From a virus, in IMG/VR virus record IMGVR_UViG_3300023179_003528, positions 1 to 64,000 of that record: 64,000 nt of DNA; one strand, 5' to 3'. A program made the position numbers and the translations under genes. This document shows, piece by piece, positions 18,850 through 28,465 of this stretch (the stretch's first letter is position 1; each line of letters starts with the position of its first letter). Under the pieces are notes generated by a model, which had not been told where the DNA came from, made no database searches, and saw only the letters and a program-made list of their open reading frames with translations.

Positions 18850-19034
18850 TTACAGGTAAAATTATTAAAAAAGAGTTAGCACAACAAGGAACTACAGAAG
18901 AGCGACTTTTTAAACTACTAGAAAGTATGGATTGGAAGCTCTGGGAAATGTATCAAATTATGAAATCACAATCTAATGATACTCAAAAGCCTGGAATTAA
19001 AACTAAACCTGTCAAAAAAACGGACGAAGAATAA
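18846..19034 (+). CDS. Hypothetical protein
   Basis: 62 aa, ATGA and TAATG coupling, GAGG SD. Confidence 0.65.
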   Translation: MITGKIIKKELAQQGTTEERLFKLLESMDWKLWEMYQIMKSQSNDTQKPGIKTKPVKKTDEE

Positions 19035-19414
19035 TGGATAAATCAATGATCTGGGTAACCTTTCGTAAGGAAGGTATTCATAAATATCCAGCAGCACTGA
19101 CGGATCCTAGGTTAAAAACAGGTGATGAGTATGACGTTTCTTTTTTGGGTTATCCCCATCGCCACATTTTTCATTTCAGGGTGTGGATCAGTGTAGAACA
19201 CTCGGACCGGGCAATTGAATTCATTCAATTCAAACGCTGGCTTGAAAATCTCTATAATCAAGCAACACTACAGTTAGACTACAAATCCTGCGAGATGATG
19301 GCAGAAGATTTATACGCTCAAATCTCCGCAAAATATCCAGGACGAGAAGTTTGGATTGAAGTGTCGGAAGACAACGAAAACGGTTGCTTTATTAAATTTC
19401 CACCAACTAATTAA
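19034..19414 (+). CDS. dpdL: QueD/PTPS paralogue of DpdL type (T-fold)
   Basis: LGYPHRHIF (LxxxHRHxF instead of QueD CxxxHGH), SCEMMA, EVSEDNENG. Confidence 0.7.
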   Translation: MDKSMIWVTFRKEGIHKYPAALTDPRLKTGDEYDVSFLGYPHRHIFHFRVWISVEHSDRAIEFIQFKRWLENLYNQATLQLDYKSCEMMAEDLYAQISAKYPGREVWIEVSEDNENGCFIKFPPTN

Positions 19415-19424
19415 TTTTATTATT

Positions 19425-19652
19425 ATGGCACTTTCATCTAGTATAACTAAAACTCTTCGTTTCAAACCAGAAGTTAACAAAATCTTTGATGATCTAGAAG
19501 CATGGCACGATTATTGCAGAATGGAACTGATTGATTTTAATCCTGCTCATCTTTATAAATCTAGAGAATGGAGAGAATTCAATAAAACTAGAGAATATTT
19601 AGATCGTAAGGTTAAACGAGAACAAAAACAAAATAAAAAGAATCATGGCTAG
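19425..19652 (+). CDS. Hypothetical protein
   Basis: Start reassigned to ATG 19425; overlaps next start. Confidence 0.6.
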   Translation: MALSSSITKTLRFKPEVNKIFDDLEAWHDYCRMELIDFNPAHLYKSREWREFNKTREYLDRKVKREQKQNKKNHG

Positions 19653-20751
19653 AATATTTATAATAGATTTAGAAAGTGTAGAAACTAGATATACAGCACA
19701 ATGGAAAGAACATGTTCCAAAAATTCTTAAAGAACAAGGACATGAAGTTCACATGGTTTCTGGTCCGGAAGATATTCCTCGAGCCACTACTCCTGGCGCC
19801 TTTCTTAACTTTGGCGGGACTAATGTCTATAAGTCTAGACAAGTTGAAGAATTTAGTCGCCTATTTACCTCCGGATCAATTAATTCTGGCGATCATTTTT
19901 TGTTTTTGGATGCTTGGCACCCAGGAATTATAAACTTAAAATACATGAGCAGTCTTCTTAATATTCCAATTAAGATACATGCTCTTTGGCATGCAGGGTC
20001 ATATGACCCCCAGGACTTTTTAGGTAGGCTTATTGGTTCCGCTCCTTGGGTAAGACATGCAGAGAAATCATTCTTCCATGCCATTGACCATAACTACTTT
20101 GCCACAAATTTTCATATTGAAATGTTTATGCGCAATCTTCTTAACAACGGCATGGAATCTGAAAATCCATGGTTTGAAGAAGATGTCGCAGAAGCCCTGG
20201 CAGGTGAGCGTCCGTGGCTAGTAAGATCAGGTTGGCCCATGGAATATATGCCAGAAACACTGGCTCCTTATAAAGGTAAAAGAAAACGTGACCTAATTCT
20301 TTTCCCACATCGCATAGCACCAGAGAAACAGGTTGATATCTTTAGAGATTTGGCTCTACTGCTGCCTCAATTTCAATTTGTTGTCTGTCAAGAGCAGACT
20401 CTTACCAAAAAAGAATATCACAATTTACTAGCCGAAGCCAAAATGATATTCTCAGCTAATCTTCAAGAAACTCTAGGCATAAGTTGTTATGAAGGTGTAT
20501 TGCTTGACGCTATTCCATATGTTCCGGACAGATTATCCTATACAGAAATGTATCATAAAGAATTCAAATACCCTTCTAAGTGGACAGAAAGTTGGAATAG
20601 TTATCTTGATTATCGTGCTGATATTTGCTATAATATAATATCATTGATGAATAATTATGAACAACATAAAAGCCAAATGGCCAGTCAAGCAAAAGATTTA
20701 TCTGAAAATTACTTTAGTGCCAACAAACTTTTATCAAACCTTTCTAAATAG
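19645..20751 (+). CDS. GT-B fold glycosyltransferase (GT4-like)
   Basis: LFPHRIAPEKQ and SANLQETLGISCYEG donor-binding motifs, PYVPDRLSYTEM. Confidence 0.8.
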   Translation: MARIFIIDLESVETRYTAQWKEHVPKILKEQGHEVHMVSGPEDIPRATTPGAFLNFGGTNVYKSRQVEEFSRLFTSGSINSGDHFLFLDAWHPGIINLKYMSSLLNIPIKIHALWHAGSYDPQDFLGRLIGSAPWVRHAEKSFFHAIDHNYFATNFHIEMFMRNLLNNGMESENPWFEEDVAEALAGERPWLVRSGWPMEYMPETLAPYKGKRKRDLILFPHRIAPEKQVDIFRDLALLLPQFQFVVCQEQTLTKKEYHNLLAEAKMIFSANLQETLGISCYEGVLLDAIPYVPDRLSYTEMYHKEFKYPSKWTESWNSYLDYRADICYNIISLMNNYEQHKSQMASQAKDLSENYFSANKLLSNLSK

Positions 20752-20759
20752 GTAAATTT

Positions 20760-22775
20760 ATGAAACTAAAAATCTTAGCAGCAAGTCTAGCGATTGCCTA
20801 TGGGTCATTACATGCTCAAGTTCAAACAGGAGCATGGTTAACCAGCGAATATGACAAAGGTAGAACGCTAAGTGGTATCAATGCAGCCTGGGCATATTCT
20901 CGTGGATATAGTGGCAAAGGCAGCACAATTGCTATTATTGATTCTGGAATAGATGCCAAATCTGCAGAATTTCAAAATAGAATCAAGGCTGTTTATGATT
21001 TTACTAGCTCAGGATCTATCAACGATACTCTAGGACATGGCACCCACGTAGCTGGTATTGCGGCTGCTGCCAAAAACAACATAGGAACTCATGGGGTAGC
21101 CTTTAACGCAGACCTCTTGGTTGCCAAGGTAACCACAAGTGGCCTGGTTACAATGACCACTGTGAATAAGGCGGCAGCGTGGGCTAATAGTTATAGTGCA
21201 GATGTTGCTAATTTTAGTCTAGGCTTTAGTCTTAGAGATAGTGCAATTGCTCCCACTCTAGTTAGTCCAGGGATTTACAAAACCAATGCTACCAATACAG
21301 GAAAAACATTAGGAGGTTTAGATCTAGCATCTTGGCGTTCTGCTGTAAATGGAGAAATGCTTCTAGTGGTAGCGGCTGGCAATGATAATACACCGTGGTC
21401 TGGATCTTTGTCTCAGTTAGCCACAGCAACCGATACTAATGGTAATTTACTATTGGGAGGTCGTGTGATTGTTGCGGGTAACTGGAACAGTCAAGGTGTT
21501 ACCAAAGCAGGTAAAACAACCTACAGCACAGGACCAAATAATAATGGTTCAGCCACTCTATGTATGGTTATGGTAGGCACAGTTTGCCAAGATAAATTCA
21601 AGGTCAGTGACTTTTATCTACTTGCACCGGGCACAGGCATTACCAGCACTTTTCCTATAGATAAGAATAGAACTGGATTGTCCACGCTTACCGGAACTAG
21701 TCAAGCAGCTCCTGCCATCAGTGGTGCGGCAGCAATTGTTAAAGAAATGTGGCCTCAAATGACTGGTAGTAATATTGTAAAATTACTTTTAGTGACTGCT
21801 AATAAAAATATTGAGGGTTATAACGTCTATCTGCATGGTCAAGGTTTATTAGATCTAGATAAGGCCACACGCCCAGTAGGTAATTTAGGTATTCCTACTA
21901 CAGGCAGGTTAACTGGACCTCGAGCACTTCCTACAAACCCCATACTAGTCACAGGCGGCAGTGCAAGCACAGGGGGAGTTGGCAGCATTATTGTGTTAGA
22001 TGATTTTGACAGAGATTTTGGTATAGATGCAAAATTCTTTACAGCAAGAAAAACTACAAAAGAATTTAATCCTGTTCAGGCATTCATGCCTTATGACTCA
22101 AAAAACTCTTACAGTCTGCTTAATAACTACAATCAAAGACTAAGTTCAGCATCAGGAAATCTAGAGTTATCTGTTTATCAAGATACTAATAATGCAAACT
22201 TTCAAGTGCCTGGTATGATTGAAGTCGCTTATAAAGTACACGATTTTAAATTTACGGCTGCTCATTTTACAGAACAATCTACATGGCTAAGCAATTCATT
22301 TGTAGGTTCTAATAGAGAAAGCTCTACCTTGGTGTTAGGATTAGGTATAGATACACCATTATCTGAAAAAAGTAGGGTATACGCTAATGCTATGAATGGC
22401 ATTACTTCAATAAAAAGTTTTAGCGATAAGGTTACTGGACTGGATACAGCCTACAGTTGGTCTTGGACAGCTGGATTAGAAAGAGATCTTGATAAGATTG
22501 GTACAATTGGATTAATGGCATATCAACCAGTAAGTGTATATAATGCCAGTGCCAATGTTAATATGCCTGTAGGCATAGATCAAAACTTGAATGTTATTCA
22601 ATCAACTCGGACCAATCTTGCCGCAGATACTAAAGAAACTAGGTTAGGTCTTTATTGGAAATATACAGATAATAACAGTTATGCATCTGCATTTGTAGAA
22701 ACAAGATACAACTATCAAGGAGAAAATGGACAAAAAGACACAGCGGTTGCCTTCCGAGTTGGAAAAACTTTTTGA
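20760..22775 (+). CDS. S8 subtilase with signal peptide and probable C-terminal beta-barrel
   Basis: IIDSG, HGTHVAG, AAGN, GTSQAAP; HGQGLLDL; amphipathic beta C-terminus ending in Phe. Confidence 0.88.
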   Translation: MKLKILAASLAIAYGSLHAQVQTGAWLTSEYDKGRTLSGINAAWAYSRGYSGKGSTIAIIDSGIDAKSAEFQNRIKAVYDFTSSGSINDTLGHGTHVAGIAAAAKNNIGTHGVAFNADLLVAKVTTSGLVTMTTVNKAAAWANSYSADVANFSLGFSLRDSAIAPTLVSPGIYKTNATNTGKTLGGLDLASWRSAVNGEMLLVVAAGNDNTPWSGSLSQLATATDTNGNLLLGGRVIVAGNWNSQGVTKAGKTTYSTGPNNNGSATLCMVMVGTVCQDKFKVSDFYLLAPGTGITSTFPIDKNRTGLSTLTGTSQAAPAISGAAAIVKEMWPQMTGSNIVKLLLVTANKNIEGYNVYLHGQGLLDLDKATRPVGNLGIPTTGRLTGPRALPTNPILVTGGSASTGGVGSIIVLDDFDRDFGIDAKFFTARKTTKEFNPVQAFMPYDSKNSYSLLNNYNQRLSSASGNLELSVYQDTNNANFQVPGMIEVAYKVHDFKFTAAHFTEQSTWLSNSFVGSNRESSTLVLGLGIDTPLSEKSRVYANAMNGITSIKSFSDKVTGLDTAYSWSWTAGLERDLDKIGTIGLMAYQPVSVYNASANVNMPVGIDQNLNVIQSTRTNLAADTKETRLGLYWKYTDNNSYASAFVETRYNYQGENGQKDTAVAFRVGKTF

Positions 22776-22784
22776 AATATACAG

Positions 22785-23261
22785 ATGATTTCATTCCTTT
22801 CTAAATATTTTTTAGACTGCCTAGACAAATTGGGCAGAAAACGCATAGTATTAGATCGGCAAAGTGCAGAGCCTTACCTAGAAAGGTATTATATTTTTCT
22901 AAAGGATAGAACTTGGTTTCCTTTTAATATTTTTTTACACAAATTCCTCAAAAGCGATCCGGATGATGTTCATGATCATCCTTGGCCATATACTACTCTA
23001 ATATTAAAAGGTGGTTATTACGAATGGCTTCCTGAATTTAATGTATATGGAGAACAAGTTGGAGAGAAACGTTTATGGAGGGGTCCTGGTCATTTTCGTT
23101 TTAGTACTGCTCACAGTTTTCATCGTATAGAATTAAAACAAGGTATAGAATGTTGGACACTGTTTATGCCAGGACCTCAACGCAGAGAGTGGGGATTCCT
23201 TGTAAATAACAACTGGATACATCATTCACAATATCTAGAGGAGAAAAAAAATGCCACATAA
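22785..23261 (+). CDS. Cupin-fold protein
   Basis: HDHPW..ILKGGYYE...HRIEL metal-binding pattern. Confidence 0.7.
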   Translation: MISFLSKYFLDCLDKLGRKRIVLDRQSAEPYLERYYIFLKDRTWFPFNIFLHKFLKSDPDDVHDHPWPYTTLILKGGYYEWLPEFNVYGEQVGEKRLWRGPGHFRFSTAHSFHRIELKQGIECWTLFMPGPQRREWGFLVNNNWIHHSQYLEEKKNAT

Positions 23262-23487
23262 AAAAGAAAAGGTTGTTAATACATATGACCAAGATGACGG
23301 TCCATTGACCGAAGAGCAATTAGCTCAACTACCTGTTCAACCAATTCAACAATTTGAAATAGATTGGGACAAGATCGCAGAAAATGTTCGTGCAGCAGAT
23401 CTGCTGATAAAAACTAAACCAATTGTAAAACAAGTAGAAAAACCTAAAAAAATTAAAGTCTCATCTAAACCTAAAAAAAATGTATAA
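23251..23487 (+). CDS. Hypothetical protein
   Basis: 78 aa, GAGGAG SD, overlaps neighbours. Confidence 0.55.
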   Translation: MPHKKEKVVNTYDQDDGPLTEEQLAQLPVQPIQQFEIDWDKIAENVRAADLLIKTKPIVKQVEKPKKIKVSSKPKKNV

Positions 23488-23878
23488 TTCTAGAAAGATA
23501 TTCGACGGACCTGAAAAAATAGAGGAGCATGACCCTACTTGGACAGGAATTTTACAAGAAGATTTTCATGTCATAGTATATAGAGACAAATACCCCGTAA
23601 CTAACGGACATATGCTATTTGTTCCTAAATACAACACAATTGATATTCTTAAACAGGCCTTTGAAGGTGCTGTTAGATATGGCAAGGACAAAGTTATAAA
23701 AAAAGAATGGGACGGATTCAATATAGGTTTAAACTACGGACTTGCTGCAGGACAGACTGTGGAATGGCCTCATATACATCTTATTCCTAGACGTCATGGC
23801 GATGTAGAAGACCCTGTAGGCGGTGTAAGGAATATAATTCATGGCAAGGGCAATTACAAAACAACTAATCAAATTTAG
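23480..23878 (+). CDS. HIT-family nucleotide hydrolase
   Basis: DKYPVTNGHMLFVPK, GFNIGLNYGLAAGQTV, PHIHLIPRR. Confidence 0.9.
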   Translation: MYNSRKIFDGPEKIEEHDPTWTGILQEDFHVIVYRDKYPVTNGHMLFVPKYNTIDILKQAFEGAVRYGKDKVIKKEWDGFNIGLNYGLAAGQTVEWPHIHLIPRRHGDVEDPVGGVRNIIHGKGNYKTTNQI

Positions 23879-24725
23879 TAATCAGCTGGTCCTCTTCATT
23901 TAAACAGGCCTGCATGGTACATATCTGAGCAGATGTGGGCGGTAACCATCCATGATTCCAAATATTGCCTAGGGGTTGATTTCTACAATAAGCTCCGCTT
24001 ACAAAACCATTAGTGTCTATAATGAGTTTTTCTATGCCTGCGTTGCACAATTTACCAGTATATATATGGTCGCTTTGAGATATATTCTCATGTAATCTTT
24101 CTACTACAGTTGTTTGTTGAAACTTAATATTCTCTTCTATAAGATATTCATCGCCACTCATTATTCTTAGTTGTCTTTCTGTGTAGGGGTATTGACCTCC
24201 GTCTTTACTGGCTCCGTGGTATAATACAGATTTTCCTACTATAAAATTATATTTTTTTTCAATTTCAAGTGCTCTGCTCCAATCTTCATCAAAATGATTA
24301 GGCCTCATAGGCACTTCAACATGTATTTCTTTTTCTTTGTCTAGAAAAACAGATATAATATAATCTATTAATGAAGGATTTTGCCAATAATGATAGGACA
24401 AAAAAAGTCTATCAATGTAAGGTTCAATAGCCCACCAATCTAACCATAATCTGCCACCGTTTGTGATTAGATCACATTGTCCATTTAAGGTCTTACACTC
24501 TTTTAGTAAAGCAGGAAAATAATCAGTGTCCAATGGTTCTCCGCCATCGAAATACCAATCAGTTATTCGTCCCAAGGATTCTGCCCATTCATTAATAATT
24601 TTGGCCACTTTGATATAATCATTGATATGTTTGGGTTCTTCTCCTCCACGCAGTCTTCCTGGACAATAGGAACATTCTGCTTTACAGAAAGTATGAATTT
24701 GCCATCTAATTTTAGTTTTAAGCAT
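23865..24725 (-). CDS. Radical SAM enzyme with C-terminal SPASM/twitch-like Cys
   Basis: CKAECSYC (CxxxCxxC), GGEP, TNG; C-terminal CNAG...C...C...C. Confidence 0.85.
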   Translation of the reverse strand: MLKTKIRWQIHTFCKAECSYCPGRLRGGEEPKHINDYIKVAKIINEWAESLGRITDWYFDGGEPLDTDYFPALLKECKTLNGQCDLITNGGRLWLDWWAIEPYIDRLFLSYHYWQNPSLIDYIISVFLDKEKEIHVEVPMRPNHFDEDWSRALEIEKKYNFIVGKSVLYHGASKDGGQYPYTERQLRIMSGDEYLIEENIKFQQTTVVERLHENISQSDHIYTGKLCNAGIEKLIIDTNGFVSGAYCRNQPLGNIWNHGWLPPTSAQICTMQACLNEEDQLITKFD

Positions 24726-24752
24726 TGACAAACCTAAATAATTGTGTATAAT
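24725..24752 (+). promoter_or_regulatory. Sigma70-type promoter for queE with embedded TAAATA
   Basis: TTGACA, 16 nt, TATAAT; TAAATA at 24735-24740. Confidence 0.7.
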
Positions 24753-24771
24753 TACTTATCAAGAGGTGCTC

Positions 24772-25617
24772 ATGAAAAAACTTAAGGTATCAGAACTTTT
24801 TTATAGTATACAAGGAGAAGGTCGCTACATGGGTGTTCCTTCTATATTTTTACGGGTATTCGGCTGCAATTTTACCTGCGATGGATTTGGAATGCCTAGA
24901 GGAGAACGATCAAATGAACGGAACTTGGTTGCAAATAGCATTACAGAGTTTAAGCAGTATAGAGATTTACCACTTGTTCATTCCGGTTGTGATTCTTACG
25001 CTAGTTGGGATCCTAGGTTCAAAGACTTTTCACCACTACTTACAACAGATGCCATTGCGGAATCGATTAGAGAACTTCTTCCGTTCAAAAAATGGAAGAG
25101 GGAACATCTAGTAATCACAGGTGGAGAGCCATTACTGAGTTGGCAACGCAGTTATCCTGAACTGTTAAATCATCCCTATATGGATGATCTAACAGAAATT
25201 ACTTTTGAAACCAACGGAACTCAAAGACTTCATGAGGATTTTAAACTATATTTGGAATTATGGTCTAATAGAACAGACAGAGAAATTACATTCAGTGTCA
25301 GTGCCAAACTTCCAGGTAGTGGTGAGAGATGGGAAGATGCAATTAAACCTGATGTTATCTGCGATTATGAATCAGTGGGTTGGACTTATCTCAAGTTTGT
25401 GGTTGCCACGGAACAGGATATTAAGGACGCTCTTAACGCTGTAATCGAATATCGCAATGCAGGATTTAAGGGAGAAGTCTACATGATGCCGGTTGGTGGT
25501 GTCGAAAGTGTTTATAGTCTAAATAATAAAAACGTGGCCTTGGCCTGTATGGAACACGGACTAAGATACAGTGATAGACTTCAGGTGCCACTCTTCAAGA
25601 ATGAATGGGGTACGTGA
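24772..25617 (+). CDS. queE: 7-carboxy-7-deazaguanine synthase (radical SAM)
   Basis: SELFYSIQGEG, FLRVFGCNFTC...GCDS (third Cys after an insertion), TGGEP, FETNGT; GAGG SD. Confidence 0.9.
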   Translation: MKKLKVSELFYSIQGEGRYMGVPSIFLRVFGCNFTCDGFGMPRGERSNERNLVANSITEFKQYRDLPLVHSGCDSYASWDPRFKDFSPLLTTDAIAESIRELLPFKKWKREHLVITGGEPLLSWQRSYPELLNHPYMDDLTEITFETNGTQRLHEDFKLYLELWSNRTDREITFSVSAKLPGSGERWEDAIKPDVICDYESVGWTYLKFVVATEQDIKDALNAVIEYRNAGFKGEVYMMPVGGVESVYSLNNKNVALACMEHGLRYSDRLQVPLFKNEWGT

Positions 25618-26006
25618 TGAAAAACTTTTTTAAAAAACTATTTGGCTTTGAAGAAATAGACAGGGCCATTGAAAATATGCAGTCTTCGCCGGACCCACAG
25701 ACTCATGAGCCTACACCAAAAGAACGTGCTACTCAAAATAAAGAACCATGGGTAGCTGTTCTAGAAACGCATGTTAATAAAGATAACATTAGGAACGGTT
25801 TTTTTGAACTTGACTGGAACGAATATTTTGTGCTACAATTAAGAAGTGCTGGATATAAAGGCGACACAGACGAGGCGATTGTTAATCAATGGTTTACTGA
25901 ACTGTGTCGCAATGTAGCCGCAGAAGAGGGTATAGACATGAGCCGCAGAGGTACTGGCTATATAAATGTAAATAACTTAGGAAACGGACGTTCCGAGGTC
26001 AGTTAA
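25617..26006 (+). CDS. Hypothetical protein
   Basis: TGATG coupling with queE; GFFELDWNEYF motif. Confidence 0.75.
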   Translation: MKNFFKKLFGFEEIDRAIENMQSSPDPQTHEPTPKERATQNKEPWVAVLETHVNKDNIRNGFFELDWNEYFVLQLRSAGYKGDTDEAIVNQWFTELCRNVAAEEGIDMSRRGTGYINVNNLGNGRSEVS

Positions 26007-27010
26007 TGACGAAAACATATATACTGGTAGATACCGCAAATTGTTTTTTTCGAGCCCGACATGTGGTTCGAGGTAATCTAGAAGATAAAATTGGTATGAG
26101 CATACATACCGTATTAGGTAGTGTCCGCAAGGCGTGGCGTGATTTTAAAGGCGATCATGTTGTATTTTGCCTGGAAGGCCGCTCGTGGCGCAAAGATTTT
26201 TACGAGCCCTATAAGCGTCAACGTTCCGAGGCACGTGCTGCCCAAAGTCCCCGCGAAGCTGAAGAAGATCGCGTGTTTTGGGAAACGTTTGATCAGTTTA
26301 AAGAATTTATCGCTAACAAGACAAACAGTACAGTTCTACACCATCCCCAATTAGAAGCAGATGATTTAATTGCAGGTTGGATTAAATCACACCCCAATGA
26401 TCGTCATATTATTATTAGCACAGACGGGGACTTTGCTCAACTTATTAGTCCAAATGTAACACAGTATAATGGTGTCATGGGGATCACTATCACCCACGAA
26501 GGTTACTACGACGAAAAAGGCAAACCTGTTGTAGACAAAAAGACCAAAGAAGTGAAACCTGCACCTAATCCTGAATGGTTATTGTTTGAAAAATGTATGC
26601 GCGGTGACACTTCAGATAATATCTTTAGTGCCTATCCGGGTGTTCGAGAAAAGGGCACTAAAACCAAAATTGGCCTACGTGAAGCATTTGTAGACAAACA
26701 AAATAAAGGTTATGCTTGGAATAATATGATGTTGCAGCGTTGGGTAGATCATGAAGGCAAAGAACATAGAGTTATAGATGACTACAATAGAAATGTTCAA
26801 TTATGCGATCTTAATGCTCAACCAAAGCATATTAAAGATATTATTAAAGAAACTATCAATAATGAAATAAATCAAAACAAAAATATAGAACAAGTAGGTA
26901 TTAGACTCATAAAGTTTTGTTCAAGTTATGATTTACAAAAAATTGCTGAACAGGTTCAAAGTTATGCAGAACCTTTAAACTCGAGGTATATACATGAACC
27001 CATCTGCTAA
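26006..27010 (+). CDS. rnh: T4-type RNase H / 5'-3' flap exonuclease
   Basis: LVDTAN, SWRK..Y..YK..R, EADDLI, STDGDF.QL, GDTSDNI. Confidence 0.92.
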   Translation: MTKTYILVDTANCFFRARHVVRGNLEDKIGMSIHTVLGSVRKAWRDFKGDHVVFCLEGRSWRKDFYEPYKRQRSEARAAQSPREAEEDRVFWETFDQFKEFIANKTNSTVLHHPQLEADDLIAGWIKSHPNDRHIIISTDGDFAQLISPNVTQYNGVMGITITHEGYYDEKGKPVVDKKTKEVKPAPNPEWLLFEKCMRGDTSDNIFSAYPGVREKGTKTKIGLREAFVDKQNKGYAWNNMMLQRWVDHEGKEHRVIDDYNRNVQLCDLNAQPKHIKDIIKETINNEINQNKNIEQVGIRLIKFCSSYDLQKIAEQVQSYAEPLNSRYIHEPIC

Positions 27011-27479
27011 GGTCTTAATTCCAAATAAGGAATGGATTATACAAGAAAATAACAATAAAATAGGAAGTGTCAGTAAATTTAAACGTGGATATATTTTTAT
27101 TAAAAACGGTCAGTCTTTGTTTTTTAAAAATCTAGAAGAAATCAATTCTAGATTTGGCATCAATATAAATGAAAATAATGTCCATAAATTTGTAGCATCA
27201 GATACAAAGGATTATAAAATATACGATTTTTCATGCAGCTCGAAACCATACGATCCTGTATACAATATAAAGAAGAAATTGCCGTTATTTGCAAAAAGTT
27301 CAAAAAGTAAAAGTCAATACTGTGCAGGATATTATGTTATCAAATTCCGTAAAGGGTGGGTCAAAAGTTTCTGTCCTAAACTAATTACACTAGAAAGATA
27401 TCCGTTTTTTGGTCCATACAAAACAGAAATGGAAATGAAAAATCAATTAAATATAATTAACAGATATGAAACCACTTAA
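26994..27479 (+). CDS. Hypothetical protein
   Basis: 161 aa; CAGYY and FCPKLITLERY motifs; GAGG SD. Confidence 0.75.
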   Translation: MNPSAKVLIPNKEWIIQENNNKIGSVSKFKRGYIFIKNGQSLFFKNLEEINSRFGININENNVHKFVASDTKDYKIYDFSCSSKPYDPVYNIKKKLPLFAKSSKSKSQYCAGYYVIKFRKGWVKSFCPKLITLERYPFFGPYKTEMEMKNQLNIINRYETT

Positions 27480-27687
27480 CACGTTACCTATTGAAGAATT
27501 TCTTAATAAAGCTCGTGTAGCCCTAAAAGCTAATCAAAAAGATATGACCTTAAGTATTAAAGAAGTAGCTGACCTACAGAATAGCCTAAGTATAGTAATG
27601 ACAAGACTAACAGGAGAACTAGATCAAATTGCATCTCAATCTGGTAGTGGAGATATTCAAATTAAAATGAACGGCGGATCTTGGTAA
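27466..27687 (+). CDS. Hypothetical protein
   Basis: 73 aa, coupled. Confidence 0.65.
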   Translation: MKPLNTLPIEEFLNKARVALKANQKDMTLSIKEVADLQNSLSIVMTRLTGELDQIASQSGSGDIQIKMNGGSW

Positions 27688-27727
27688 AAAACGGCTAAAT
27701 ATATACGCACTTATCGGAGATGTGTAT

Positions 27728-28027
27728 ATGAGCAGGCCTAAACCAAAAGTATTATTAGAAATAACAAATAAAAAAACCTATAAAACTGAACAGGTATTAG
27801 AAGCCGACGCCATTTGGGCTGTTTTTTATAAGGACAGTCCCATAAATCTTAAAACTAATAGTATGATTGCAGGGCATATAAGTCCAAAATATAAAAAAGT
27901 CAGTTTCTCAAATAGTGGTCACGCCTTCAATTTGGCTGAAAAACTTAATAAATTGTTTTCTACATCTGACTTCGGCGTTGTCAAACTAATCACTGGAGAA
28001 AAAATATCCGATGAAGATCAAGCATGA
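27728..28027 (+). CDS. Hypothetical protein
   Basis: MSRPKPKVLLE start; TAAATA 27696-27701 and GGAG SD. Confidence 0.75.
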   Translation: MSRPKPKVLLEITNKKTYKTEQVLEADAIWAVFYKDSPINLKTNSMIAGHISPKYKKVSFSNSGHAFNLAEKLNKLFSTSDFGVVKLITGEKISDEDQA

Positions 28028-28403
28028 TCTTACACAGATTGTGGCTCTATCATTGGGTCTTCCTATTGAGCCAAAAAATGTAAAAAAATACATAGGCCTA
28101 TGGTGGTGGAGTCCTATTGAAAAACAAGGGGGAGGACTCAAACTTAAAGAACAAGGCTTAGAGGCACTGGTAAAAGCAGACATAAAACATCACCGCATAA
28201 CAGTGGAAAATTTTCCAGATGCTACCAATAAAAATATCATATACTTGGACAACTATATTGACTGCCCGTGGTATTTAAACAACAGGTATATCTATGTTTT
28301 CAGTGAAAGAATGGCAATCCAATTAGTTTTGTATTCTGGTAATCTACAGAAATTCTTGGAGGCAAAAGCCTACAGGAACAGATTGACAGCGAGTAAGGTT
28401 TAG
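28011..28403 (+). CDS. Hypothetical protein
   Basis: 130 aa, overlaps previous gene. Confidence 0.7.
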   Translation: MKIKHDLTQIVALSLGLPIEPKNVKKYIGLWWWSPIEKQGGGLKLKEQGLEALVKADIKHHRITVENFPDATNKNIIYLDNYIDCPWYLNNRYIYVFSERMAIQLVLYSGNLQKFLEAKAYRNRLTASKV

Positions 28404-28411
28404 CATATAAT
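28383..28411 (+). promoter_or_regulatory. Consensus sigma70 promoter
   Basis: TTGACA, 17 nt, TATAAT. Confidence 0.85.
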
Positions 28412-28465
28412 ATACATATATTGAAACAGTCAATATATATCTTAAATATTTTTTAGAGAGCAGCT

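Noticed and set aside
19034-19414. Canonical QueD call
   Set aside because: Lacks the CxxxHGH signature and has LxxxHRHxF instead
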